Shown here piece after piece: positions 51,374 to 61,257 of a stretch of 64,000 nt of DNA. How positions within the stretch are numbered: the stretch's first letter is position 1; every line of letters begins with the position of its first letter. The stretch is from Bacteroidetes bacterium RIFCSPLOWO2_12_FULL_35_15 (GTDB lineage: Bacteria > Bacteroidota > Bacteroidia > 2-12-FULL-35-15), in the NCBI GenBank assembly GCA_001769385.1, contig MEPB01000048.1, positions 21,548 through 85,547 on the forward strand, in the 5' to 3' direction. The position numbers were made by a program, and so were the translations under genes. Below the pieces are notes generated by a model. The model worked only from the letters and a program-made list of their open reading frames with translations. It ran no database searches and was not told the origin of the DNA.

Positions 51374-51880
51374 ATTAGTAATAGTGTGACTATTTTATTG
51401 ATTTCTTTTTGAAATGAAGTTCGGCAGGATGCCGGTTAATAAAAGCGGAGCGGGACGCTCTGCTTAACAGAGAGCATAAAAAAAGCTTCTGCTGTTTCTC
51501 TTGGTGCTTATTATCGAACACAAGATGCATTTATAGCAATAGTCAAGTATGAATATTCAAATTATGCAGTCGGATTTAGTTATGATATTAATCTTTCAAA
51601 ATTAAAAACAGTTTCTTCTGCTCGTGGCGGATTCGAAGTTTCTTTACGATTTATTGCCCCCGCTGCTTTTGGTAAAAGCACTTCAAGAGCAAGGCTATAA
51701 ATTAGTAATTGTGAACTGTTTTATTGATTTCTTTTTGAAATGAAGTTTAGCAGGATGCCGGTTAACAGAGCAAGGCTATAAATTAGTAATAGTGTGAACT
51801 GTTTTATTGATTCTTTTTGAAATGAAGTTCGGCAGGATGCCGGTTAATAAAAGCGGAGCGGGACGCTCTGCTTAACAGAG
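51152..51880 (+). repeat. Direct tandem duplication (2.3 copies) of the sprF 3' end plus downstream hairpin region
   Basis: Copy A is 51152-51476, copy B is 51477-51770 (~97% identical with a 25-bp internal deletion) and partial copy C is 51771-51880. All junctions are at ttaacagag. Confidence 0.85.
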
Positions 51881-52004
51881 GATTCTCCACTTAACATGTT
51901 TTTCAGCTTGATCTTTCCGAATAAATCATGTATTTTCTTTTACAAAAAAAGTGCTGAAATTAGTTTCAGCACTTTTTTTATTTAACCAGTTTTTTAGCAT
52001 TGTA

Positions 52005-55000
52005 TCATTTCAGCAAAGTAACAATGCCTTTATAATAATGTACATTCTTTTTGATGTCAGTAACATTAATTGAATAAACATATACATCTACCTCTGCCAT
52101 TTCGCTTCCTCCTTTTGTTTTACCGGTCCAGGGTTTATTGATATCATCGGTTTTATAAACGAGATTTCCCCAGCGATCATAGATGCTCATCTCATATTTC
52201 TCAATAAAAATACCTCTTCCTGAAAAACTATCATTCAACCCGTTTCCATTGGGTGTAAATGCACTGGGAATGTAAAACATAAAATCAGGTTCGATAGTGA
52301 TGTTTTGATAGGCCGTATCCCAACAATTGTATTGGGTGGAGGTGATCAATGTAATGATATAGGTTCCGGTATCCGCATACGTATGAGGTGTTGGATCAGC
52401 ATTGGAAAATGTTGTCAGATCTCCCAGATCCCAGGACCAAAAATTTGCTCCGGTCGATAAATTTGTGAACGTAATGATCGGAGTAAGAATGGTCGTACTT
52501 GTTGGCTGAACATTAAAATCTGCAACCGGATTCGGATATACCACGATGTAATTATTTTGTGTGAAGGTGCTTATACAGCCTTTATCAGAGGTAACTGTTA
52601 AAGTCACACCGGATGCTATCGGTACAAAAACAGAATCATTGGTATAACAATTTGTTGGAGACGGAGAATTACTGCTTGCGGCCTGTCAGCAATGTAACGG
52701 TATATATTCCTGCCGCAGCAAAGTTATGCGAAGGGCTTTGAGTGGTATTGACAGGTGTGCCATCACCGAAATCCCAATTCCAGGAAGTGATCGTTCCTGA
52801 AACGCTGCTTGAGTTGTCGGTAAATTGGGTGGCATTACCGGCGCAAACACTTGTATTTGTGAAATCAGCAACCGGCATGGAATAGATTGTAATTGTAGCC
52901 ACCGTGGTATCGGGGCAACCCAGCGATGTGGAATGAGTAATAAGCGTGACCGTATAATTTCCTGCTGTTGCATATAAATGTGCCGGACTCCAGCTTGTTG
53001 TATTGATGGCTGTACCATCACCAAAATCCCATGACCAATTTGCCATACTCCCCATTGCAGGATCGGTAGATGTGTTTGTAAATAGTGCAGAATCAAGTAA
53101 GCAGGTATTACTGAACGTGAATGTTGATGTAGGAGCATCAAAAGAAGTTACAGAAATAGTCGCAACATTGGAACATCCGTCACTGGTTGTGGCCAACAAA
53201 GTAACAGTATAAATACCTGCACTGGAATAATAATTAGTAGGATCTTGTGCAGTACTTGTTGCTCCGCTACCGCCAAATGTCCATAAATAGCCGGCTAGCG
53301 AAGTAGAAGCATCCACCGAAGAGGTATTGATAAAAGGCATGGTGTCGCCTGCGCATACATTTCCAAAGGTAAAGTTTGCAGTAGGAATATAATACACCTG
53401 AACAGGTTTGCTGATTGTAGTGGTGCAACCAAAACTATTACCTGCTATCAACGTAGCATTATACATTCCTGCTGCAGCATAGGTATGCGAAGGATTTTGA
53501 GTATTATCTAAAGGTGTGATATCACCGAAATCCCAATTCCAGGAAGTGATCGTTCCGGAGCTAGTGCTTGAATTGTCGGTAAATTGGGTGATATTGCCTG
53601 CACAAACACTTGTGCTGTTAAAATCCGCAAGAGGAGCAGGGTTAACAGTCACGGTTATCTGATCAGTTGCCGTACATCCATTTGCATCGGTAATGGTTAC
53701 CGTATAAGTTCCTGTTGCAGCAGCGGTAATGGATTGACTTGTTTCAGTGGTGTTCCAACTGTAAGAGCTGGAATTATTGGCTGTAAGAAGTACGTTACCT
53801 CCCGGACAAAATGCAAGGGGACCATTTGGAGTGATGGAGGCGCTGGCAACATTTACGGTAATGGTAATACTGTTTTGTGAGGTGCAACCATATCGGTCTG
53901 TTTCGGTAACACTATATACGGTAGTCACCAAAGGAGAAGTAGTAAAAGTTGCTGCGCTTGAGGTAAATCCCGCAGGGACCGATGTCCAGCTGTATGTATA
54001 AGGTTGGGATCCTAAAATCGTAGTTGCCGAAACCGTTACACTTTGTCCTAAGCAGATTGCTGTTGCAGATGGTGTAATAGTAGTTACAGGGCAAAGATTA
54101 ACTTCAATAACAGAAAGAGAATTATAACTGTTGCAATCCAGGTCGTTCCATGTTCCGGCAGGATAAATTTGTGTACATTCTTCATCTCCGGAATTATTAG
54201 GCTCACCAGCGGCCCAGTTTTCGTAACCTAAGGGACTACCATCATACCATGAGAAGGGACCACCGGGGAATGATCGTCCATAGCCGATCCATATAACCTG
54301 ACTTGCATAGCCCTGATTATTTAAAGCATTCATCAGATCCGTATTTTCAGTACCTGATTGAACAGAGATCAGATCGGCACCGAATGTTTGGGCATACGTT
54401 TCTGCTGCAGGACCCGACATAAACTGAGGATTAATAAAATATAAACTACAGGAATTGTCCATGTTCACCAGTTCTGTATTACCCGCACCTATTAATGTAG
54501 AACGAATAAGCGAAAGATTACAATTATTAGGAGGAGGTAAAGGAGAGCATCCAACAGCATCAGTACCTGCAACGCAAGGGCACAGATCATTGTAATTAGG
54601 TACCCCATCGCCATCGCTATCTGCTGTTCCATTTGCCGTAACATTGGCCACTAACAATAAACCATAAGGACCACCTCCGTTATAAACCAATACATCCACA
54701 TAATTAATTCCCGGAACCCAGGGACCAACTAAGGTCATGTTTAGTTGTGTTCCTGCTGCAAAGCCTCCTCCGCTAAAGCCGGTACTATTGCCATTTATAA
54801 ATACATCTGATATGGTATTGTCAACATATCCCGATAAGTTCAAAGTAAAACTACCGGGAGTGGATACACTATTGCCATTGCAATCGGGTGGCAAGTTGAT
54901 TGTTAATCTGAAATAGCGATATCCCAGCTGGGCGTCAGGATCCGTGCAAGGTACATTGGATTCAGAGATCCAGTTCCCATTATTGATCGGAGGAGGTAAG

Positions 55001-55293
55001 GTGGCAGGGTCTATCCATGCTCCTACCGCACAAGCGTTTGAAATTAAAGCAGATCCATACGTTTGAGTCAATGGTCCGGGTGGCACACCAAATATTACAG
55101 GTGATACCAACCAAAGCGGATCGATGGATCCTTGTGGTCCTTGCCCGGTAGCTAAAGTTATAGGATTAGGAAATGTTTGCGCCTGACCATTAACGAAGAA
55201 AGTTAATGCAAACACATTCATTAAAAGAAAAACCTTTTTTAATTTTAAATACCTTAGGCCATTCAGTTTAGTGATAGACATTTTATTTGTCAA
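52005..55293 (-). pseudogene. C-type-lectin/PKD/TSP3-repeat protein with gliding-motility-associated (type-B) C-terminal domain, interrupted by a frameshift near 52665-52685
   Basis: ORF 52669-55293 (signal peptide; DSDGDGVPNYND; C-type lectin GEPNNSGDEECTQIYPAGTWNDLDCN; multiple PKD WNWDFGDG) continues in another frame (..ASSNSPSPTNC..VTLTVTSDKGCIST) into ORF 52005-52607, which holds a PKD and the type-B CTD FTPNGNGLNDSF...YDRWGNLVY. Confidence 0.6.
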
Positions 55294-55594
55294 TTTTTAT
55301 TTAGTAAAAATTCAAGGCTGAGGGTTTGAAATGAAAAATTTCAAACCCTTATAGATGCGTTTCATATGCAATTTACAAACAAATTTGAATTACATCGAAA
55401 TTATGTTCTCAAAAATCAAAAAATTAATCCTGGTTGATTCATTTAAAATTTTCCTTAATAATTTTTTTAGATTAGTGTTATTGATTTAATTATTTAAAAA
55501 TAGCTTAAATTTGATAATATATATAAATCTAGATTACATTGAGTTTGTAAATAAAGCATCGTCCTAATCTCTCACAGTTAATAATCAAACAATA

Positions 55595-57358
55595 ATGAAA
55601 AGTAAACTATTTATTGTTTTAGTTTTTCTGGGGGAGATTTTGATCGGACAAGAAAAAGTTGAGAAACTTAAAAAGCAAATCACTACCTACACCTATCTCA
55701 ACCACTACGATTCCGCACAAACAATAGTGCTTGACTATCTTGACCAAAAAGAGCTTTCACCTTTAGAAATATTTTACGGACATTTTTTGTTTGCCGATAT
55801 TTTAAAATCTTCGAACAAACCAATTGAGGCAATTGAAAAGTTTAAGGAATGTAAAAAATATCTCGATGCAATTGCAGAAAATAAAAACTACTTGTCACTT
55901 ATTGATGGCGACATTGCTGAATGTTATTTCAATATGTCACAGTATGAAGATGCGAAAAGATATGCCTTGTTGTCGCTGCAAACCAGTCCTGATTCTAGCC
56001 TTAGAGGAAGCGGGCATGCTGTAAATTATATGATATTGGGTTATGCCAATTACATTTCAAAAAATTATTCGTTGGCACTGGAAAATTATAACAATGCGAT
56101 GAAACGATATAACGCTTATGGTGCGTCATGCGAATTGCCCTTGTGCTATATGAAAATTGCCAAGGTGTATAATTCGATGGGAAATGAAAAACTTGCAGAA
56201 GAAAACATAAACAAAGCTATTTCAATAAGTGATTCCTGTGAGATTGAAAATTATAAACTGCTTTCAAAACGGACCTTGTTTGATATTTATAAAGAAAATA
56301 AAAATTACGAAAAAGCATTAATGCAATTGGAGGAAATAAATAACCTGGTTGCTAAACTGGAATACGCGAAACAAGGCAAGGTAATGAGTGAAATGGAGGT
56401 GAAATACAAAACTTTACTTTCTCAAAAAGAAATAGAAAATCTTAAAAAAATAAATGAGGCAAATAAAAAAACACTTGCAGAACAAGAGAGGGTACTTTTC
56501 ATTGTAATAGTTGCAATATTAATTTTATGTGTTTTCCTTTTTTTTCTGGTACGAATTTCCAATCAACGAAAAAAAGCAAAGCAGGAACTCGAATTGCTGA
56601 ATGTCTCACTTGAGCAAAAAGTAATTAAAAGAACGAAAGAGTTAGCTGAAGACATACTTGTTCGTAGAGAATTAGAAAAGCAATTGAGCGAAAAAATAAA
56701 TGAAATGGAAACGCTCATTTCAAAGCTTTCTCATGATCTGCGCTCTCCGCTTTTAAGTGTTCTTGGATTGATCAATGTTGCTGAAAATGATCCTGAATCC
56801 GACAAGTCAATATATTTAGATAAAATAAAAGAATCGATAAAAAGACTCGATCATATTATCATTGACATAACCAATACGATATATGTTTCTACTATGGAGC
56901 AGAATCCGGAAGTGATTCAGTTTGAAAAGATGATCAACGAAACAATAGCGGTTTTGCAATTTAGAGAAAATTTTGAAAAAATAAAGATCAGCATCCTCAT
57001 TAATCAGACAAAGGATTTTTATTCCGATCCGAAATTTTTACAATCTATCATTCAGAATCTGCTTGAAAATGCAGTAAAATATAGCAACTGCCTCATTGAG
57101 CCGTGCATTGAAATAGTAGTTCAGGAAGATGCCAAAGGAGTACTACTAAAAATAACAGATAATGGAACGGGGATCAGTCCTGAATTTCATGATAAAATAT
57201 TCGACATGTTTTTCCGTGGAACAGAGATTTCGAAAGGTACGGGACTTGGATTATACATTGTAAAAAAAGCTGTTGAGAAGCTCCATGGAAAAATTGAATT
57301 GCAAAGCGAAAAAGGAAAAGGAACTATCTTTACAATTCATCTTCCAAATCTGATTTAG
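55595..57358 (+). CDS. Sensor histidine kinase with N-terminal TPR repeats and one TM helix
   Basis: H-box LSHDLRSPL, N/G boxes NLLENAVKYS, DNGTGI and GTGLGLYIV. TPR-like N-terminal half. Confidence 0.8.
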   Translation: MKSKLFIVLVFLGEILIGQEKVEKLKKQITTYTYLNHYDSAQTIVLDYLDQKELSPLEIFYGHFLFADILKSSNKPIEAIEKFKECKKYLDAIAENKNYLSLIDGDIAECYFNMSQYEDAKRYALLSLQTSPDSSLRGSGHAVNYMILGYANYISKNYSLALENYNNAMKRYNAYGASCELPLCYMKIAKVYNSMGNEKLAEENINKAISISDSCEIENYKLLSKRTLFDIYKENKNYEKALMQLEEINNLVAKLEYAKQGKVMSEMEVKYKTLLSQKEIENLKKINEANKKTLAEQERVLFIVIVAILILCVFLFFLVRISNQRKKAKQELELLNVSLEQKVIKRTKELAEDILVRRELEKQLSEKINEMETLISKLSHDLRSPLLSVLGLINVAENDPESDKSIYLDKIKESIKRLDHIIIDITNTIYVSTMEQNPEVIQFEKMINETIAVLQFRENFEKIKISILINQTKDFYSDPKFLQSIIQNLLENAVKYSNCLIEPCIEIVVQEDAKGVLLKITDNGTGISPEFHDKIFDMFFRGTEISKGTGLGLYIVKKAVEKLHGKIELQSEKGKGTIFTIHLPNLI

Positions 57359-57427
57359 AGATTGTTTAAATTTTATTCAAATGTATTATATGTCACTCCT
57401 TCGACTTTGCTCAGAATAAATTCCAGA

Positions 57428-57483
57428 AGAAATCTCATTTCTAGCTTAATTTTATTGAGATTTCTCCCTCTGGTCGAAATGAC
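57428..57483. repeat. REP/MITE-like hairpin element
   Basis: gaaatctcatttc...gagatttctccctctggtcgaaatgac. Confidence 0.6.
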
Positions 57484-57581
57484 AGAATGGTTAAAAATAT
57501 TGTAATTAGATTCTTTTATTAAATTTTAACAGGCTCTTAATTTCAAATTTAATTGTGCCTTTTCATTTTCATATAGTGGAC

Positions 57582-57604
57582 GAGCGTCCAGTTTTTTGAA
57601 GATT
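57582..57604 (+). terminator. Possible terminator hairpin
   Basis: gtggacgagcgtccag palindrome followed by T6. Confidence 0.4.
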
Positions 57605-57659
57605 TATTATTCATACGATCAGATTCTATTGCAACCATTGTCTTTTTCATTTTCAAATA

Positions 57660-58679
57660 TCACCCTGTTGCTTTCAGCACCATTTTTTTTAATGCTTCGA
57701 TCCATTTAGGCGAATCGTTCAAACTTTCTACCAATTGAATTTTTTCTCCACCATTAGCTTTGAAAATTTCATTGTATTCGGTGCCGATCTCATAAATGGT
57801 TTCTAAGCAATCAGCAACAAAAGCCGGGGAGAAAACAAGCATTTTCTTTTTGCCTTCTTTCGCTTTTTGTGCAATTACTTTATCGCTGTATGGCTTTATC
57901 CACATGTCATCCAAACGTGATTGAAATGAAGTTTCATATTTCCCTTCGGGAATATTCAAACGTTTTACTAATTGCCGCGTGGTTTCAAAACAATTTGCCC
58001 GGTAACAGTATTGATTATTTTCTGTGATGGAATTACAACAATCACCAAAATTACAGGTATTGTCACCGTAATGAGCTGCTCCTTTGTTTATATGTCGTTC
58101 GGGTAAACCGTGATAACTGAAAATAAAATAATCATACTCCGTTTGATCGTATTTTTTTGCAACTTCTACACAAGCATCTATAAAATCAGGGTTGTCGTAA
58201 AATTTAGAAATTACTTCAAATGATGGCGTTACTTCCCATTTGCTGATAATTCGTAATGCCTCTGCTACAGATGAACCGGTACTGGAGGAAGCATATTGTG
58301 GATACAAAGGGATCATAATTATTTTTTCAACCTTTGCTTCGCGTAAATTAGATAATGCGGATTCCATATCCGGACTTTGATAACGCATTCCTAATTCAAC
58401 AACAAATCCATCACCCAATTCTTTTTGTAATAATGCTTTTACTTTATTTCCATACATCAACAATGGAGAACCCACTTTTGTCCAGATATGCTTATACAAT
58501 TTTGCAGATTTTGGCGAACGAAAGGGAACAATAATTCCATTTACCAATAAAAAACGTCCTAGGGGATTTATGTCAATGACACGGGGATCATTTAAAAATT
58601 GTGATAAATATTTTCTGACATCTGATGTTTTCGGACTGTCGGGAGTTCCTAAATTAATTAATAGTACGCCTGTTTTCAT
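57660..58679 (-). CDS. hemH: Ferrochelatase
   Basis: 339 aa with LINLGTPDSP start and conserved His/Glu regions (FSYHGLPER). Confidence 0.9.
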   Translation of the reverse strand: MKTGVLLINLGTPDSPKTSDVRKYLSQFLNDPRVIDINPLGRFLLVNGIIVPFRSPKSAKLYKHIWTKVGSPLLMYGNKVKALLQKELGDGFVVELGMRYQSPDMESALSNLREAKVEKIIMIPLYPQYASSSTGSSVAEALRIISKWEVTPSFEVISKFYDNPDFIDACVEVAKKYDQTEYDYFIFSYHGLPERHINKGAAHYGDNTCNFGDCCNSITENNQYCYRANCFETTRQLVKRLNIPEGKYETSFQSRLDDMWIKPYSDKVIAQKAKEGKKKMLVFSPAFVADCLETIYEIGTEYNEIFKANGGEKIQLVESLNDSPKWIEALKKMVLKATG

Positions 58680-58722
58680 TTAATGTGATAGTTTTAATTC
58701 ATATGGTTTGAAGAATAAATTT

Positions 58723-58931
58723 AACCACATAGAAACATAGTTTTTACTTGGTTGTTAAGTTATTCATAGCATTCTGACACAAAGGCTAAACAAATGTGTA
58801 CAACACATTTGATCCCTATTTAAAATTATTGCAGTTCATAAAATTAAGTTTATATCTATGTTGAAAATTCATTTTCTATGTAACAAATAATTATTCACTT
58901 TTTTAATGGTGAACTATGTTTCTATGTGGTT
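58723..58931. repeat. ~18-bp terminal inverted repeats bracketing a ~170-bp AT-rich segment (MITE-like)
   Basis: aaccacatagaaacatag (58723-58740) and ctatgtttctatgtggtt (58914-58931). Confidence 0.5.
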
Positions 58932-58947
58932 CAATAATTCAATAGTT

Positions 58948-60564
58948 TCATTTTTTTATAATCTTAAAGCGAATCATCATCGAAAAGATAATTAAGAGTA
59001 ACGATACATACATTGCATATCTTCCAAAATAATCTCCGTAACGTGTATAAAAAGTAATCTCATTGCTTAACTGAATCCGTTGACTGATAACAGCAGGGGT
59101 CCACCATCCGGTTGCTTGTTGTATCTCCCCCAGGGGATTGATAAAACAGGACGTGCCAGTGTTAGCAGAACGAACAACCCATCTTCTGTTTTCGATAGCC
59201 CGTAATGTTCCATATTTTAAATGTTGTTTATAGCCCGGTGTGTCGCCCCACCAGCCATCATTGGTGATGATAGCAATAAATTGTGCACCATTCTGAACAT
59301 ACTTACTTACAAACTCACCAAATAAACTTTCATAACAAATAACAGGAGCCGATTTTATTGAATCGTCTGAAGAAGTGAAAACGGTGCGTTCTGTTTGAGT
59401 ACCCAAACTTCCAATAGTGCCGCCCATATCGAGCGCAAATTTTTCAAGTGGTTTGAACAAAGCCGGGAATGGCATCCGCTCCACACCGGCCACTAATTGT
59501 GATTTGTGATAAATTTGTATGCGACCACTGTTATCCAGTTGCAATGCCGTGTTGTAAGCATCGTAATAGGTATTTGAGCCTGAAAATTTACGTGCAGTTG
59601 CCGATAATTTTTCATCCACCTGAAACGCTTTTGCAGTAGAAGCCCCGGTTATGATCTTTAATTTTGGAAACTGTTTTAAGAATTGTTGTATAGTGAGTAT
59701 GCTACTGCTTTGCTTCAGTTGATTCTCCCATAGTTCTTCTGTAAGTGCGGTTTCCGGGAAAACCAGAAAATCAGTTGTTGAATCTGTTTTTTGCGCAGCG
59801 AGCTGCAACATTTTAGTTAATTGCTCTTCATAAGATCCGGTAAATTTTTCATTGTAAGGGTCAATATTCGGCTGAACAATGACAACTTGTATTCCCCCTT
59901 TTAAAAATTTATTTTGAAAAAAAGAAATAACAGTTGATGCTGCAACAGGAATAATAAGAACAGCAGCCAATGCAACTAACTGATACCTGATACCCGATAC
60001 CTGATGTCCGATACCTGATACCTGGTATTTTTTATAGATCTCAAATACCAATGCATTAATAACCAAGATCCATAAACTTCCGCCAAGCATTCCGGTATAT
60101 TCATACCATTGAATTAAATTGGGTGTATCTGCAAAAGCATTACCAAGAGTAAGCCAGGGCCAGGACAGTTCGCCATCCAGGTGCCAGTATTCAAATGCCA
60201 GAAAAAAACAGACAAATGCGAAGCTTCCCCATTTTTCGCCAATACGTTTTTTTACCTGATGAAAAAATAAAAATGGAATCGACATTAAAATGGAATTGCC
60301 AATAAAAGCCAATACTGCACCACCAAAAGATGCATTTTTTATCCACCAGGTCGCAACAAGGTTCCAGGTGAGAAATGTAAGGAAAGCACAAACAAAAATA
60401 GTAAGAGATTTGTTTTTCAAGGGGTTTTTGAAAACCGATTGTTCAACTATTAACAAAGGAACAAAAGCTATAAATAACAGAGGAGCCAAACCTGTTGGAA
60501 TCCACGAAAGGCCTAAAAGCAGACCGCTTACTAATGAAAGGGATAAAAGTTGAAGTGTTTTCAC
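58948..60564 (-). CDS. lnt: Apolipoprotein N-acyltransferase
   Basis: N-terminal multi-TM domain plus a C-terminal CN-hydrolase domain (catalytic Cys in VICYESLF). 538 aa. Confidence 0.85.
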   Translation of the reverse strand: MKTLQLLSLSLVSGLLLGLSWIPTGLAPLLFIAFVPLLIVEQSVFKNPLKNKSLTIFVCAFLTFLTWNLVATWWIKNASFGGAVLAFIGNSILMSIPFLFFHQVKKRIGEKWGSFAFVCFFLAFEYWHLDGELSWPWLTLGNAFADTPNLIQWYEYTGMLGGSLWILVINALVFEIYKKYQVSGIGHQVSGIRYQLVALAAVLIIPVAASTVISFFQNKFLKGGIQVVIVQPNIDPYNEKFTGSYEEQLTKMLQLAAQKTDSTTDFLVFPETALTEELWENQLKQSSSILTIQQFLKQFPKLKIITGASTAKAFQVDEKLSATARKFSGSNTYYDAYNTALQLDNSGRIQIYHKSQLVAGVERMPFPALFKPLEKFALDMGGTIGSLGTQTERTVFTSSDDSIKSAPVICYESLFGEFVSKYVQNGAQFIAIITNDGWWGDTPGYKQHLKYGTLRAIENRRWVVRSANTGTSCFINPLGEIQQATGWWTPAVISQRIQLSNEITFYTRYGDYFGRYAMYVSLLLIIFSMMIRFKIIKK

Positions 60565-60594
60565 ATTAAAAAATTACGGACAAAGATAATAAAA

Positions 60595-61212
60595 TCACTG
60601 TTCGTTTGAGGGAACTAAATATTTTGGAATACCCCATTTGCCAACCCATTCATTCATCAGAATTTTTTTTCCATCATTTCTGAGAAAATTTCCTTCCTCA
60701 TCTTTTTTTATAATATATAACTTTCCTTCTTTCAGAGCTGTTAACACCTCATTTTGAATTATCGGTGGAGGTGTTTTTTTGCAATTATCAAGTAATGAAA
60801 TTCCGACCTCATTGTTTTTCTTATCCATTTCGGAACTTACTGAATCAGGTAATATGCTATCTTCCAATTCCTGTTTTTTATATTGTAAAAAATTTCCTCT
60901 CTCATGTGCGATCCCAAGTTTTCTTGCTTTTCTTTTACCTATTTCAGAACTTAAGAAAGCCATCCAATAGGCGTGTTTAAATGCATCCAGCTTCCCTCCA
61001 TTGTTGTCGATACCTATTATTTTTACTTGTTTGATGGAGTCAACAATTTTTTGAACATCCTGTGTAATGTGAAATGCTTTTTTTGCAACAAAGGGATGTG
61101 CGAATACCCAGACTTTTTCCGGGCACGACAGTTTTGAAAATTTAGATTGAGCAAATATCGTATTTGTCAGTCCGAAACAAATTAGTAATATAGTAGAAGT
61201 TAAGCCTTTCAC
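60595..61212 (-). CDS. Hypothetical secreted protein
   Basis: Signal peptide, 205 aa. Conserved-looking DAFKHAYWMAFL...GIAHERG segment of unknown function. Confidence 0.4.
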   Translation of the reverse strand: MKGLTSTILLICFGLTNTIFAQSKFSKLSCPEKVWVFAHPFVAKKAFHITQDVQKIVDSIKQVKIIGIDNNGGKLDAFKHAYWMAFLSSEIGKRKARKLGIAHERGNFLQYKKQELEDSILPDSVSSEMDKKNNEVGISLLDNCKKTPPPIIQNEVLTALKEGKLYIIKKDEEGNFLRNDGKKILMNEWVGKWGIPKYLVPSNEQ

Positions 61213-61257
61213 ATAAATAGATTTAAGCTAAATTTATAAAATATTAATTTCATATTA

